NCBI RefSeq assembly: GCF_001194135.2
Contig: NC_068982.1
Span: 88,815,406-88,859,965 of the forward strand
DNA from: Octopus bimaculoides
Taxonomy: Eukaryota
Direction of reading: 5' to 3'
DNA length: 44,560 nt
Position numbers and translations under genes: made by a program. The first letter of the stretch is position 1, and the number at the start of each line of letters is the position of its first letter. Positions 10,950-22,937 of the stretch are shown here, in pieces. The notes under the pieces are model-generated. The model did not search any database, was not told the origin of the DNA, and was given only the letters and a program-made list of their open reading frames with translations.

Positions 10950-12180
10950 AAGGTGTCAAACGTATCCAGTGTTGTAAATTGAAGATATTGTGCGTATCAG
11001 GGATTTCTGCTGTCCCTCAAGTCACAACATGAATCTCAAACAGGCAGCACTTTACGCAGTAAGTGTGCTGTTCCAAGTAAAGTCGATATTTGTAATGTAT
11101 TTTTAAAGTGTCGGTGCTAAGATGTTTCCTCAGGTTGGGCGGTAATGAACCCAATGTTCCGATGTCAACAGGAACAATCATTGTGTTTCACTTTTGCAAC
11201 AGTCATATCTTGGCGATCTCAATTTTCAGGTCTCCATATTTGTCGACCTCGTTTTAGGACATCTTACCTTCTCGTTTTCGTCCATTACATATTCCGGAGT
11301 GTGTTGGTACGAGGCGCTCGTTGCCTCATATCCATACTTCCGGAACAGTAGCCAGTGATGTTTTAGGTCTACCTTGTCATGTTTAGTTGTACTCTTTCTG
11401 TGCAATATTTTTACAAGCGCTAACGTTGCGTCATGCTTTCGATTTTCTTCCAACACATTCTGCGGAGGTTCATTGCACTTGTATGGTGTATATCCCTTTT
11501 CACTTTGTTGATGTTCAATACCTGGTGCTTGGCAGCTACTGTCAGGCTTTCTGTCCTCTTTTTAAAGTCACCTTTACTGAGACACGTCCATGATTCTTCC
11601 TGGTCTTTGAAGTTGTTAGTTTTGCAGTGGGACTGACCATGTAATTGCATGAAGAGTAATGTTTCGTCTCTGTCGTTTGCTATTCGTGATCGGAATTCAT
11701 TTGCATTCTCAAATCCATTGTTGGTAAATCCTCCTCCATTAGCAGCATGCTGCAATTTGCTCTTCACCACCGCCATTTTTTCGCTGTGAGCGTCGTATAT
11801 TTTGTGATCCTAAATTCCATATCTTTAACCTTGCTGCGCTTCTGTACAGTCTCGATCAGCCTTTCCATTTAAGTCTCTGTTTTGAGAACAGTTTTAAGTC
11901 ATCCCTGAAGAGGTGGTTGAGGCGAGGTTCATTCTTCTTTCGCTCGTAGTGCACATTGACTTAGCGTAGCATTACAGAGAGCAGGATCAGGTCTATAGCA
12001 AATAGAAAAGGTGAATAAGAATTTCCCTGGAAGATACCTCTTTTGATTGTTATCTTTGCTAAGTGTTGCTTGTTATAGAAAAGACGTTTTCCAAATAGGT
12101 ATGCTGTTTTCGATTGGTGTACGCACATTTTCAGCTATTTCATAAACGTTGTGTGTTTCCAGAATCCATGAATGCGGTAG
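10950..12180 (-). mobile_element. R4/Dong-clade LINE, 5'-truncated and internally deleted
   Basis: Minus-strand peptides HSWILE (RT3), ITIKRGIFQGNSYSPFLF (RT4), LNHLF.DDLKLF (RT5), LHGQ, ESW..L.KGD.KK.TESL..AA, C..C zinc-finger remnant, HDKV..HW.L..KYGYE, RRP-type REL region; ends in an (AAT)n tail at ~10948. Confidence 0.85.
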
Positions 12181-13149
12181 CCTGTAAGCCACAGAAATTT
12201 AAAATTCATAAAAGCGTTCGTTTTAAGGTTATGAAAATAATTTTTTTTACGATTAATCATCGTGATTAATCACTTTCTGAAGTTTATAAAGCTAAATTTG
12301 TGCAATAAATTTAAAATGACTTTAAAAAATGAAATTTCACTGAAAAGATATTGTTGATTAGATACTGAAAAGAATAAATAAGTTCATCGATATATATTTT
12401 TCTGTATTGATTAAATCTAAATTAGGTATATATCTCTGTCAGTTAATCGTAGAGCAGTTGCATTTGACTATCACTTCGCAGCTATTTTTAGCGCTACCTA
12501 TGGCTTATCCTACTCTTCAATTTTGAAAATTATGTGATACCACGTGCGTCCAGTTATTTGAAGAGAGACAAATGTGTCGTAAGTCTGTAAAATTTTCTTG
12601 TGTGAGACAAATTTCCGACTTAAAGGTACTTTTACCAATATTAGTTATTGGTGATCGAAACCAACCGCTAAAATTGATTATTTGCATCTTTATCCCAATT
12701 CATGTAAGGTGTCTTTAAGAATGGAATTATGTATTGTCCTCCAATTGTAAGGATTTCTAATTATAGTTTTCAGTCTTTGCACGTGTTATTTAGGAATTTT
12801 TAATTTACCATTGAAAGTACGTATTTTTCCTTGATATTCTTTTCACTGTACCTATTACATGTTCAGTATGCTAGCTGTTTCGCAGTATATGCTTTTTATG
12901 TATCGCTTAAATTTGTTGTTAGCTATTATGTAAATTTGTAACTGAGGTTAATTGAATTGAATCATTTTCCTTCACCGTTGCGTTGCTGGGTCTTTTTAAA
13001 GTTGATTGTGGAATTCTTTTGTCATTGCCTTATTGAGCTGCTCTTTTCCTGTTTCAAGTTATTTTAAATTTGATTATTTTGATTTTCTTTTTCTTGACTC
13101 AGATGCCATGACCAGTAATAAATCAGAAGTCAAAAGCACTTGAATCTAC

Positions 13150-14400
13150 AGAAAAATTCATAAAAGTATCTGTATTAACTCACAATAGCCAGTTACACTG
13201 CTGACGGGGGCCTCTTTGATGTCAAATGCGATAAAAAGCTTTTTTTTAATCGCATAGAATGAGCAACAAATATCAAAACTATCTTTAAAGGACTACCAAA
13301 ATTGAATAGCCACCTATGCTGTCGTTTGAATTCACTGAAAACGATAAATCTAGGGGTGCAATGGTAACGAAATCGTTTCTCGAGGCTGACATTTCTGAGC
13401 ACAGGCTCACTAATCCGAATTTGAGAAGTCTCTTTGATTCTATCAATAACCCACTGCCATCTCAATCTACGTGCCGAAAGTAAGTGTATATGCTTAGTGC
13501 AAACACGGTTGGGAATTGCAAGACTGCCTGGTGAATCAACATTTTAGTGTTAATTGTTAAAGAAAGTGCGATCGATGACAAAAAAATTGTTAATGTACTT
13601 ATTGGTTCAGTTAAAAATCCTCAAAAAGTCGTTCTTAATACAAGGATTGCCACTTGAATCAGCTCTAACAGTCGTAGTCACCGCCTAAATCCTCGATAAT
13701 ACGTTCAGTATGACGATTCCAAGAGAAAGTTTTCTCCTATTATAATCTGATGTTGCTCTGTATATGGTAGGTAGCTTCAGAAGAGACATTGCAAGTTATG
13801 TAACCTAAGCTCTTCCATGTAATGTGCTTCTCCCACATTCTGCACAGCTGTGCTCTAAAAATAAAAACCTTCTATCCTACCGTTGATGACAGGGCTGCTA
13901 CGGCAAACAAAATGTTTAAATACCGTCGAAAGCAATTTAAAAATAAATGGATGCTCCTCTTAGCCAATTACGACTAAGTGGAGTAGCTGATTGGCTATCT
14001 GTAATTACTATGCCAAGTTGATGAAAGTTTTGAGAATGAAGGCATTTCGATGCAGTGAGCTAAACAAGCTGTAAAAAATCCTGAGATGAGGACTAACCCC
14101 ATCCAAAACTGTTCAAACTCTTTGCAGTTGATTTTGAAAGCTGAGTTAAAAGCTTTCACCATCTGCGATGCTTACAAAAGCTTCAAAACATTGAAAATCA
14201 TCGAAAATCCATGTTGCATCATGAATAAAATGGATTTTAGATTCAATAAAAAACAGATCAATTAGATAATTCAACTAATGGACCCCCAAAGTTTCACCTG
14301 CGCTATATATAGATCTGAGACAATGTCAAGCGACATCAGCTACTGTAGAAAACAGTTTTTCGGTGGTGAGAAAACCTTGCAAAAGACAGGTACTTTTTGC
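13150..14400 (+). pseudogene. Decayed hAT-like (CGGBP1-related family) transposase
   Basis: Peptide fragments FLEADISEHRLTNPNLRSLFDSINNPLPSQSTCRK* and LIVKESAIDDKKIVNVLIGSV resemble the 'ADIP..KL.NP.L' and 'VDET....R.V.N.L.G' motifs. Boundaries approximate; no matched TIR pair found. Confidence 0.45.
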
Positions 14401-14711
14401 CTTCAAGTATAAAACATTATATATCATATTTTACTATAATGAATTTTCACAATTGTTATCTTTTTTCTAAATTGTTTTGATAATAGTCGTATGTCACAAA
14501 ATAATCAAAACTACACTAAATTCCCTAATGGTTTTGGATTTCTTAATAAAAAGGTTAGATAAGGTTAAAATCTGTCAATAAAGTTAACAGTTAGGGTTTA
14601 AAATGTGTAAAAATAAGATTAAGAGCAAGCAATTTCTAAGGTTAAAAAATCACCTTAACCGTAAGGTTAAAGTTTATCCAGGCTGTGTACAATTTTTTTT
14701 TTTTTTTTTTG

Positions 14712-15620
14712 GTACCGTTTGCAGTTCTTCATTACGATCTTGATGGTACTCAGTGCTCTTGGATCCTTTCCGGCACCTCTTTTGTTCTGTTGGAAGTAGA
14801 TTGTTTTTCGCAAGGAATGTATATATTTCCCTTGCGAGGATACCTGTTAATACTTTCTATAAGAGGTTAAGAGAAGCAATGGGTCGGTAATTACTAATCT
14901 CATCGCCCTTTGACCAATCTTTCAACGATATTGTTGTCTCCCCCTTTACCATCTATTCCAAAACCGCAAAGTTCCGGAGGCCATCGCCTAATTACAAAGC
15001 AATTCGTTCGTATGTTGTCCTAAACCACTTGAGCCATTAACCTTAGATTCCATCTGGCTCTCCAATTTGGCAGTTTTGATACCTGTGCAATAACGTTTCC
15101 CTTTATCATAGACACATGGTTCTGCATTGGATCCACAGAGTACTGGAGTTCGGATCTCATGCAATGAATCCACACAGCACGGTGCTTGTGAGAAACCTCT
15201 TGTCCCAGATGTTATTCCAAAATTGGCGGATTTTCTCTCCTTTAGGAGGTATATTATCTTCTGTGTCTCTATCCAAGCTCTTACGAAAATGTCTCGTTAT
15301 TTGTGAATTATTTGTTTTGATGAAACTGCAATATGCGCTCAGTGTGGCGTTGTACCGTCAATTCTTTTGCCTGAATACGTTATTTTGAGGTTTCGATAAC
15401 AGTTTTGCAACCTTTCTTTTCTATATGATATTTTGTTTCAAGATATGCTTTCACACATTCTTTAGTATGTTTCCTTTATACCCTTTGAACGATTCTTCTA
15501 TGCCACTCAGATCCTCACGCACTGTTTTAATGTTACCTTCGATTCTCCGCCTGATTCCCTCTCACTTCTTCCAATCAGTTCACCAACTCGAATTAAAGCG
15601 GATTTATTCAAGTTCCTTGT
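14712..15620 (-). mobile_element. R4/Dong-clade LINE internal fragment (pre-RT and RT N-terminal region)
   Basis: Minus-strand peptides RRIEGNIKTVREDLS, KYHIEKKGCKTVIE, KIRQFWNNIWDK, GILAREIYTFLAKNNLLPTEQKRCRKGSK. Confidence 0.75.
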
Positions 15621-15689
15621 TTTAGATAGATCTTACAACACCCACTTAGATAGATCTTACAACACCCACTTAGATAGATCTTACAACAC
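15621..15689. repeat. 24-bp tandem repeat, ~2.9 copies (TTAGATAGATCTTACAACACCCAC)
   Basis: Two perfect units plus a 21-nt partial unit, directly visible. Confidence 0.9.
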
Positions 15690-16531
15690 CAGCTCTAACT
15701 TGGTTTTGACCAAGGCTTAGAGATGCCAAGTTTGCCCTGTGTAACATGCCGCATGACTCCTACAGACGCAGAGATTACACGGGCCAATGGAGGATAAGGT
15801 TGAGACCAACTACCTGAACTGTTCATATGAACAGCCGCATACAGAATTATATAAACCGATGTGTCCTTCCTCTTAGCTGTCAGGTACGATTTGAGACTAC
15901 ACAGAAACACATGCATCCTAACCCTTCCAACAAGTTTTTCCAAGGAAAATTAGTGAACTTCAAAAGCTTTAAGACATTATGATGTATTGGTGTATTTATT
16001 TTCTTTATATATTTATTATTTTTTTGAGAAAAAAACCGCTTTCTTTTCTCCCTATCTTGAAAATTTGCCATGCAATGAAAGCCGGTTTGAAATCCTTTTG
16101 TAATCCTTACACCCATTTATATTAAAATATGATTTCAGTTTAGCATGCTGCCTTATTATTATTTTTTCCTTTCCGATCATTTCTCCACGTGAGGTTAACA
16201 CAACCCCATCATTTACCGACTTNNNNNNNNNNNNNNNNNNNNNNNNNNNNNNNNNNNNNNNNNNNNNNNNNNNNNNNNNNNNNNNNNNNNNNNNNNNNNN
16301 ACAATTTTGCCGGGTATATATATATGACGAACTTCCACATTTTTGGTCTCCCAAAATTCACCCATAAGGCATCGCTCGCCCGGAATTAGAAATTAGCGTA
16401 AGACACTAACTGTAAGACAGTTGCTGAAAGTGACTTACAGCCAAATACAGCGCAATGGGATTGAACAAGATACCAAGCAATTGCAAAGCGGTTTTCTCGC
16501 AAACTGCTATATTTGTGATACATACATACAG

Positions 16532-16589
<58 letters not shown>

Positions 16590-16645
16590 CCATTCATACA
16601 TACACGTACAGAGATATACGATATATCTATTTGTCTGTCTGCCTG

Positions 16646-16677
<32 letters not shown>

Positions 16678-17004
16678 CATGCATGCTTGTATGCATGTAT
16701 GCCTGTATATTTATATGTGTGGATATATATATACATATGTATATACACACACATATATACATATGTGTGTGTTTGTGTGTATGTGCGTGTATGCGTGTAT
16801 CTTGCATTTATTTCGTTTCTCATTAATGGTGATCATAAACAACTCAGAAATCTTATATCAATCCAGTTCTATATGTTTACTTTCAATTTTGTTTGAGTAG
16901 CGTAAATGAGAGCGCGACTACATTAAATATTATGTTTCTGATACTGCGTGGATCACTGGCAGAGTCACTAATACAGCAGGTGAAATTCCTTGATACATTT
17001 CGTC

Positions 17005-17172
17005 CATCTTTACTTTCTTGGTTCAAATTCTACCGAGGTCAGTTTTGTGCATTATTCTTTTAGGATCGATAAATTAAGTACCAATCGAGTATTAGGGTCG
17101 ATATAATCGACTAAACACCCTCCCACTCAAATTTCAGTTCTTGTGCCTTTACTAGGAAAGATTATTATTATT
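17005..17172 (+). mobile_element. Degenerate Meta/MESC-like SINE with (TTA)n tail
   Basis: GGTTCAAATTCTACCGAGGTC...GATCGATAAATTAAGTACC...GGTCGATATAATCGACT...GAAAGATTATTATTA aligns to 43255-43483. Confidence 0.7.
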
Positions 17173-17419
17173 AGTTGAGTTGGGTGTTCGGTTGACAGGA
17201 CAAAATACCTTGTGGTATTTAAACCTGCTTCAGAACCTACTGTTGTCAAATTTGCAGTCATCCCTTCGGCGCGGACAAAGGTAAATTAGCAGACTTGTGC
17301 TGGATATGATGTAGTCAACCGAAACCCTTCCGCTCAAAATTACTGGTCTTGTGCTTATGTTATAAACGATTACATTCATGAGCTGCCAGTATTGTTTACA
17401 CACAGGACAACATACTTAA

Positions 17420-17585
17420 CAGCATTTCTTTTGACTTTGCATTCTGCGTTCAAATTTAAAACGGGTTGTATTCGTCTTTCACGCTTTTGGAGTCGATAAA
17501 ATAAGTATAATTTGAACACTGGAATTGATGTAAAGACTAGCATCCTCCCCACCAACAGTCAGAACTTGTGCCAATAGTTGATATT
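17420..17585 (+). mobile_element. Older degenerate copy of the same SINE family
   Basis: TTCTGCGTTCAAATT...GAGTCGATAAAATAAGTA...CTGGAATTGATGTAA similarity. Confidence 0.5.
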
Positions 17586-17619
17586 TTATGAATTTGATTG
17601 AGTGGTTTTGCGTGTGTCT

Positions 17620-17750
<131 letters not shown>

Positions 17751-17978
17751 TCTGTTCTATTGTACTTGGCGTATTCTATGTAAGGTGCAAAATCAAATAT
17801 TTTCATGTAAAACATGTACAGATTGGTGTTATAAACGGCGAGCTCAAATGTTTCTTAGTAAATTGAAATAAGCAATTCAGTTTGGTATAGAGGGCAAAGC
17901 TCTTAACAGCAGTCATTCTGTATAATAGCATGTAAAAATGACATTTGTCTCAAAATATGCACTCGTAATTCTTTATGC

Positions 17979-18031
<53 letters not shown>

Positions 18032-18531
18032 CAGGTATGTAGATAGGTATATAGGTAGGGGTGTAGGTAGACAGACATGCATAGTTCAACAGTTTTAACC
18101 ATTATAAAACTAAAGAATTGCCGATAGGTATAATTTTCGTTCACTAGATTTTAGACTAATTTCAATATAATAAGAACCGTTTAGAATACGTCATCCAGTC
18201 CAGTGATAAATACGAGAATCAGACACATGTGTCGACAAAACATTCACTGAATAGCATTGCACATATAATGCCAAAATAAGTTATGATGCTATATATACAA
18301 ATATATATATTTGCATGTGTGTGTGTATATAACTATATATATGTGTGTGTATGTGCATCTATGTATATGTGTGTGTATGTATATATATGTTCTCTATGTG
18401 GCCTGCGTGTTTTTTTGTACCTTGTTTATCATTTTGTCCATGTTTTTTTTCCAACGTCATGTACCCAGATATGTATCTATATGTACATGTAGATGAATGT
18501 ATGTACATACATGTACATATATATGCATATA

Positions 18532-18582
<51 letters not shown>

Positions 18583-18771
18583 CAAATGATGTCTTCATCT
18601 TATACAAAGACAGAGAGAGAGAGAGAGAGAAACAGATTGAGAGAGAGACGCAAACAGACAGACAGTGTATATATACATATATGTGTATGTGTGTGTGTGT
18701 GTGTGTGCATATATGTATGTATGTATGTGTGTATGAGTGTATACATGTATGTATATGTGCATGTATGTATA

Positions 18772-18772
<1 letters not shown>

Positions 18773-18802
<30 letters not shown>

Positions 18803-18830
18803 GTTATTATTATTATTATTATTATAATTA

Positions 18831-18872
<42 letters not shown>
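18773..18872. repeat. (TAT)n microsatellite within a larger 18280-18872 simple-repeat block
   Basis: Directly visible. Confidence 0.95.
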
Positions 18873-18873
<1 letters not shown>

Positions 18874-19588
18874 GACATGGAAGACAGCATTTGATATAAA
18901 GAGACATATTTTCACACAGAGTATGTAAAATATATATTTACTGCTAATGGAGAAATTTAGTTTAAAAATCACGTTATAAATATGTAGTCGACAGTTTCAT
19001 TATCTGCTTACAATACGCTATTTTGTTCCCACATTTTTTGACAGAAGTATTGCTTCTTTTTTATTCGTCTCAATAGCGCCTTGGAAAATAGTCTTCATTG
19101 TTACATCAGAAAGAAATCATCCATAAATTTTTTGGCGTGTCTCTTATGACTGGTGAATAGAGAGCAAGCATAAAAACACAACTCACATTGTTTTCAGGCT
19201 GGAAATTTCATGAAATGCATGCGCAGCAGATGCAATTGCATCTATAAGGCAAGTGATGATGAAAAATCGAGTATATGAGTATGTTTATAATCCAAGAATA
19301 GGAAGAATGTTCCGATAGTCCACAAACAATTTCCGTCTACCCAATTTTGCTCCTCCTGGCAGTAGTAGAAGATACTTGCTCAGTGTAGCGGTCAGTAAGA
19401 GAGGACGCTTTGGAATTTAATTACAATTAGTTTAACTGCAATGTAAATTTCACAACGAAATACTGTTTTATTTGAATAATTGAGACTTAAGTTTCACTTA
19501 AATCTGTCGCGCAGCTAGAATAGTAGACGCGTACCTCTGGAGGATGCAGATCCTATGATACTGATGCGACCACCGAAAAACAAATTAA

Positions 19589-20650
19589 TGTTATATCCCT
19601 ATTCCCCGAGCTGGGTTTGAAACCGTATTCTGGTTGTTGAGGATAATGGTATTTCCTTTGTCTTGTGAACAAGTACAGTTATTTTTAGCGTAGGAGTGAT
19701 CGCTGACCCTTTCCGGTCAGCGAAAGTTCAGAAAAACAAGCTACGGAATCGTACTGAACTGACCCAGCTCCGGAAGGGGGTAACGTAGGACTGCTGGGTA
19801 CGGTATCTCTCATTAATACGGGATCGGGGAGTTGGCGCGAGCGGTTGCCCAGTCGAGTTGGCATCAAGCAGTTGGCAAGAGAGTTGGCCGGAGGCGGTTG
19901 GGCGAGCAGTTGGCCAGGGAGCTGGATGAAGAACGTCAGCCAGTGAAGATGTACAGAAGTTGATGTGAAGGCCAGTGGAGCCAGTGAAGATGAACAGAGA
20001 GACTGACAGAGAGAGGCTGAGAGAGAGAGCCTATAGTCAGCAGATAGGGACTGAAGCAATGAGAGAGAGGAATCAGAGAGATGGAACTGTTGCGGCCGGC
20101 AAGAGATTGTAGTAGTCAGTTGGTCACTTTTGGATTGTAGTAGGAGCTTTGAAGAAAGGAAATTAGTGCGGTGAAGGTTTGTTTAAATATTCTTTAAAAT
20201 GTACTTCGTCGTTACATGTTTTAAAAGAAAAAGAGATTTTGTTAACTGGTGGAAAAGAAAAGAACGTTGATGGGACATGTTGTTAATGGAAAAGAAAAAC
20301 AACGAAATGAAAGAACTTTTAATTCGACTTGATATACGAACTCTCGATTGTAAACTTTGATTATGTAATGATTGTAAACTTTTGATTATGTTGCATGCGC
20401 TATTGTTATATGTTATTGGATTATTGTTACGCAATGCTCTGTTTTGTTTTGATGTAAAAAGAGAAAAAGTTAGTTCCACTACACAACGTATGGTCTCCGT
20501 GTTATTTCTTCCGCCTTTTGCCTGTTGTCTTCGTTACGTGCTCCGGCTGGGCTTAGTCGTGGCGAACATCCCGACTCACTGAGCGTCGACGTTCGCGCGT
20601 GCGCGAGTTTTCTCTTCGTCGAGGTGCTTCGCGTGCGGGCGTTCGTAACA
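19589..20650. mobile_element. Probable solo LTR (~1.06 kb)
   Basis: Starts TGTTA, ends TAACA (TG...CA with 5-bp inverted termini). Composition is distinct from the flanks (GC/purine-rich 5' half, CpG-rich 3' end). Flanks ATTAA/ATACA match only partly as a TSD. Confidence 0.55.
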
Positions 20651-21196
20651 ATACATTATATTACACATCAAGGTTGTTCGTAGCAAATGTACCTTCTAAG
20701 TGTCAAGTTCACCTCTGATCTGGAAGTAACGATATACTCCTTCACAATGAAAACTGTTTCTCTGCAGCATCTGAATTACTGGAACAGGTTGCTAGTTTTG
20801 AGCGAAGTATGGAAACAGTAGTTCTATTTGTTTATAGCTGGGCGATCCTGGAAACAACGACAGCAAGCAATGATATGGGGTAGAAATCTGTAAAACCTGC
20901 GAACTAATACACATAGCATAATGGTAACTCAGTATTTCTGATTAAGGACTAGATGTAACAGTATTCTAGAATATCAAAAAAAGCAATTGTCTCCCTTCCC
21001 TTAATGACATCAACGGGCTTCATTCATCACATTCATATATCAATGTGACACCAGCAGCCATGGTGTTGGTGCTCGATGATGGACACAGCTGAATGGTACA
21101 AACCATTTGAAGTGTAAAAGAAAATTCGACCAAGTCGCAGAAATATTAACAGGTTAATGAAATGCACATATTGTTACATTCCGTGTTCAAATACAG

Positions 21197-21235
21197 CTTT
21201 AGTCGATGTAATATTCCAGTGTTCTGAGGTTCAAG
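21197..21235 (+). CDS. Candidate 39-nt exon (LVDVIFQCSEVQ), phase 1 to 1
   Basis: Acceptor TTCCGTGTTCAAATACAG|, donor CAAG|GTAAAA, open frame. Confidence 0.3.
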
Positions 21236-21448
21236 GTAAAAAAAAAAAAAATTAACGTAAGTGGTAAGCATGTAGTTGATGCAGATTCTCTAAATTATAC
21301 TATTCTAGAAAAGTATGTGTCCATGCGTAAAATGACTAATGAAATAGAGATGATAGGCTGGAGTAACTACCGACTGAAATACTGAAACAAAATATTTCAA
21401 AAATAGTTTAAATGAAGAGACGGGGCACATCAAAATCTAGTAATCTGA

Positions 21449-21852
21449 GGTACTACTAAAGCAGCGCGGACCCGAACGCGCAGTCACGCAGTCGCGCGTC
21501 CGCGCTAGCTAGTCGTGAGTGGTCGATCGTAACCCTAACCCTATTCCTAACCCTAACCCTAACCCTAAACACGTATTCATTTGCACACGCGGGTTAGGGC
21601 TAGGGTTAGGGGTAGGGTTAGGGCTAGGGTTAGGGATAGGGTTAGGGTTAGGATCGACGGCACTGTCATGGTATAGCTGTCAGAAGTGAAAGTAGAAAAA
21701 TCTGACAAGGAACGTTACTGCTGGTTTGAGTTGATTCTTTGGCTACTGACAGCTAATACCATGACAGTGCCGGATCGACCACTCAAGACTAGCTAGCGCG
21801 GACGCGCGACTGTGCGGCTGCGCGTTCGGGTTCGCGCTGCTTTAGTAGTACC
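21449..21852. mobile_element. 404-bp MITE: 81-bp TIRs, near-perfect 9-bp TSD (Mutator-like), internal inverted telomeric-repeat arrays and a second hairpin
   Basis: TIRs 21449-21529 / 21772-21852 (GGTACTACTAAAGCAGCGCG...). Flanks GTAATCTGA / GTAATCTGG. (TAACCC)~6.5 at 21530-21568, (GGGTTA)-type x10 at 21591-21650. Inverted arms 21659-21683 / 21746-21771. Confidence 0.85.
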
Positions 21853-22196
21853 GTAATCTGGTAGTTCCGGCGCCCATACCAGACGATTCTTTTTTGCTAG
21901 CGATATAAATATGTGCTTTAAAGCACGATGCGTCCATATGAGTACATTTCAAGTTAAATAAATCGGTATTTGGTGCTCTAATAATACACCCACGTTAGGG
22001 TGGCTATCAAGATTTCCTTTTGGTATTAATACTGCATNNNNNNNNNNNNNNNNNNNNNNNNNNNNNNNNNNNNNNNNNNNNNNNNNNNNNNNNNNNNNNN
22101 NNNNNNNNNNNNNNNNNNNNNNNNNNNNNNNNNNNNNNNNNNNNNNNNNNNNNNNNNNNNNNNNNNNNNNNNNNNNNNNNNNNNNNNNNNNNNNNN

Positions 22197-22268
<72 letters not shown>

Positions 22269-22308
22269 TAGTGAGATAGACAGACAGACAGATAGATAGC
22301 TCCGGCTA

Positions 22309-22663
22309 GTCAGTAGCCAAAGAATCAACTCAAACCAGCAGTAACGTTCCTTGTCAGTTCTACTTTCAATTCTGACAGCTAATACCATGACAGTGCCGGA
22401 TCGACCACTCAAGACTAGCTAGCGCGGACGCGCGACTGTGCGGCTGCGCGTTCGGGTTCGCGCTGCTTTAGTAGTACCGTAATCTGGTAGTTCCGGCGCC
22501 CATACCAGACGATTCTTTTTTGCTAGCGATATAAATATGTGCTTTAAAGCACGATGCGTCCATATGAGTACATTTCAAGTTAAATAAATCGGTATTTGGT
22601 GCTCTAATAATACACCCACGTTAGGGTGGCTATCAAGATTTCCTTTTGGTATTAATACTGCAT
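22309..22663. repeat. Second copy of the MITE right half plus right flank (offset 626 bp), inner loop inverted
   Basis: 22372-22663 is identical to 21746-22037; 22314-22371 is the near reverse complement of 21684-21745. Confidence 0.9.
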
Positions 22664-22873
22664 CTGTCACTAAAAATTGTATTAAAATATAGATTGTTAT
22701 ATGTAAAAAAAATATTGTTTCAACTGAAATTGTGCTACCATCTCGTGTTGCTGATCCTGTGGAGGAACGCAAGACTTCTTTGATCAAGTTGTCAATTATC
22801 CGATTCTGTTCAATATGATACTCAGAAATAATGTAATATATGTTAGGCATAGTTACCGCCAGTTGTTTGACAG

Positions 22874-22937
22874 ATTCAAACGAAGTGTCCGGCATGGTAT
22901 CATTAAAGGCAGGCATCGGTGTGGGGAGTCTGCGTTG
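22874..22937 (+). CDS. Candidate exon (SNEVSGMVSLKAGIGVGSLR), phase 1 to 2; cyclase-like LKxGIxxG motif
   Basis: Acceptor GTTGTTTGACAG| (alternative in-frame acceptor at 22847), donor TTG|GTAAAG; motif resemblance judged by eye only. Confidence 0.35.

Noticed and set aside
21530-21650. True telomere or telomere-fusion site
   Set aside because: The arrays are short, separated by a spacer, and enclosed by TIRs and a TSD, so they are element cargo.
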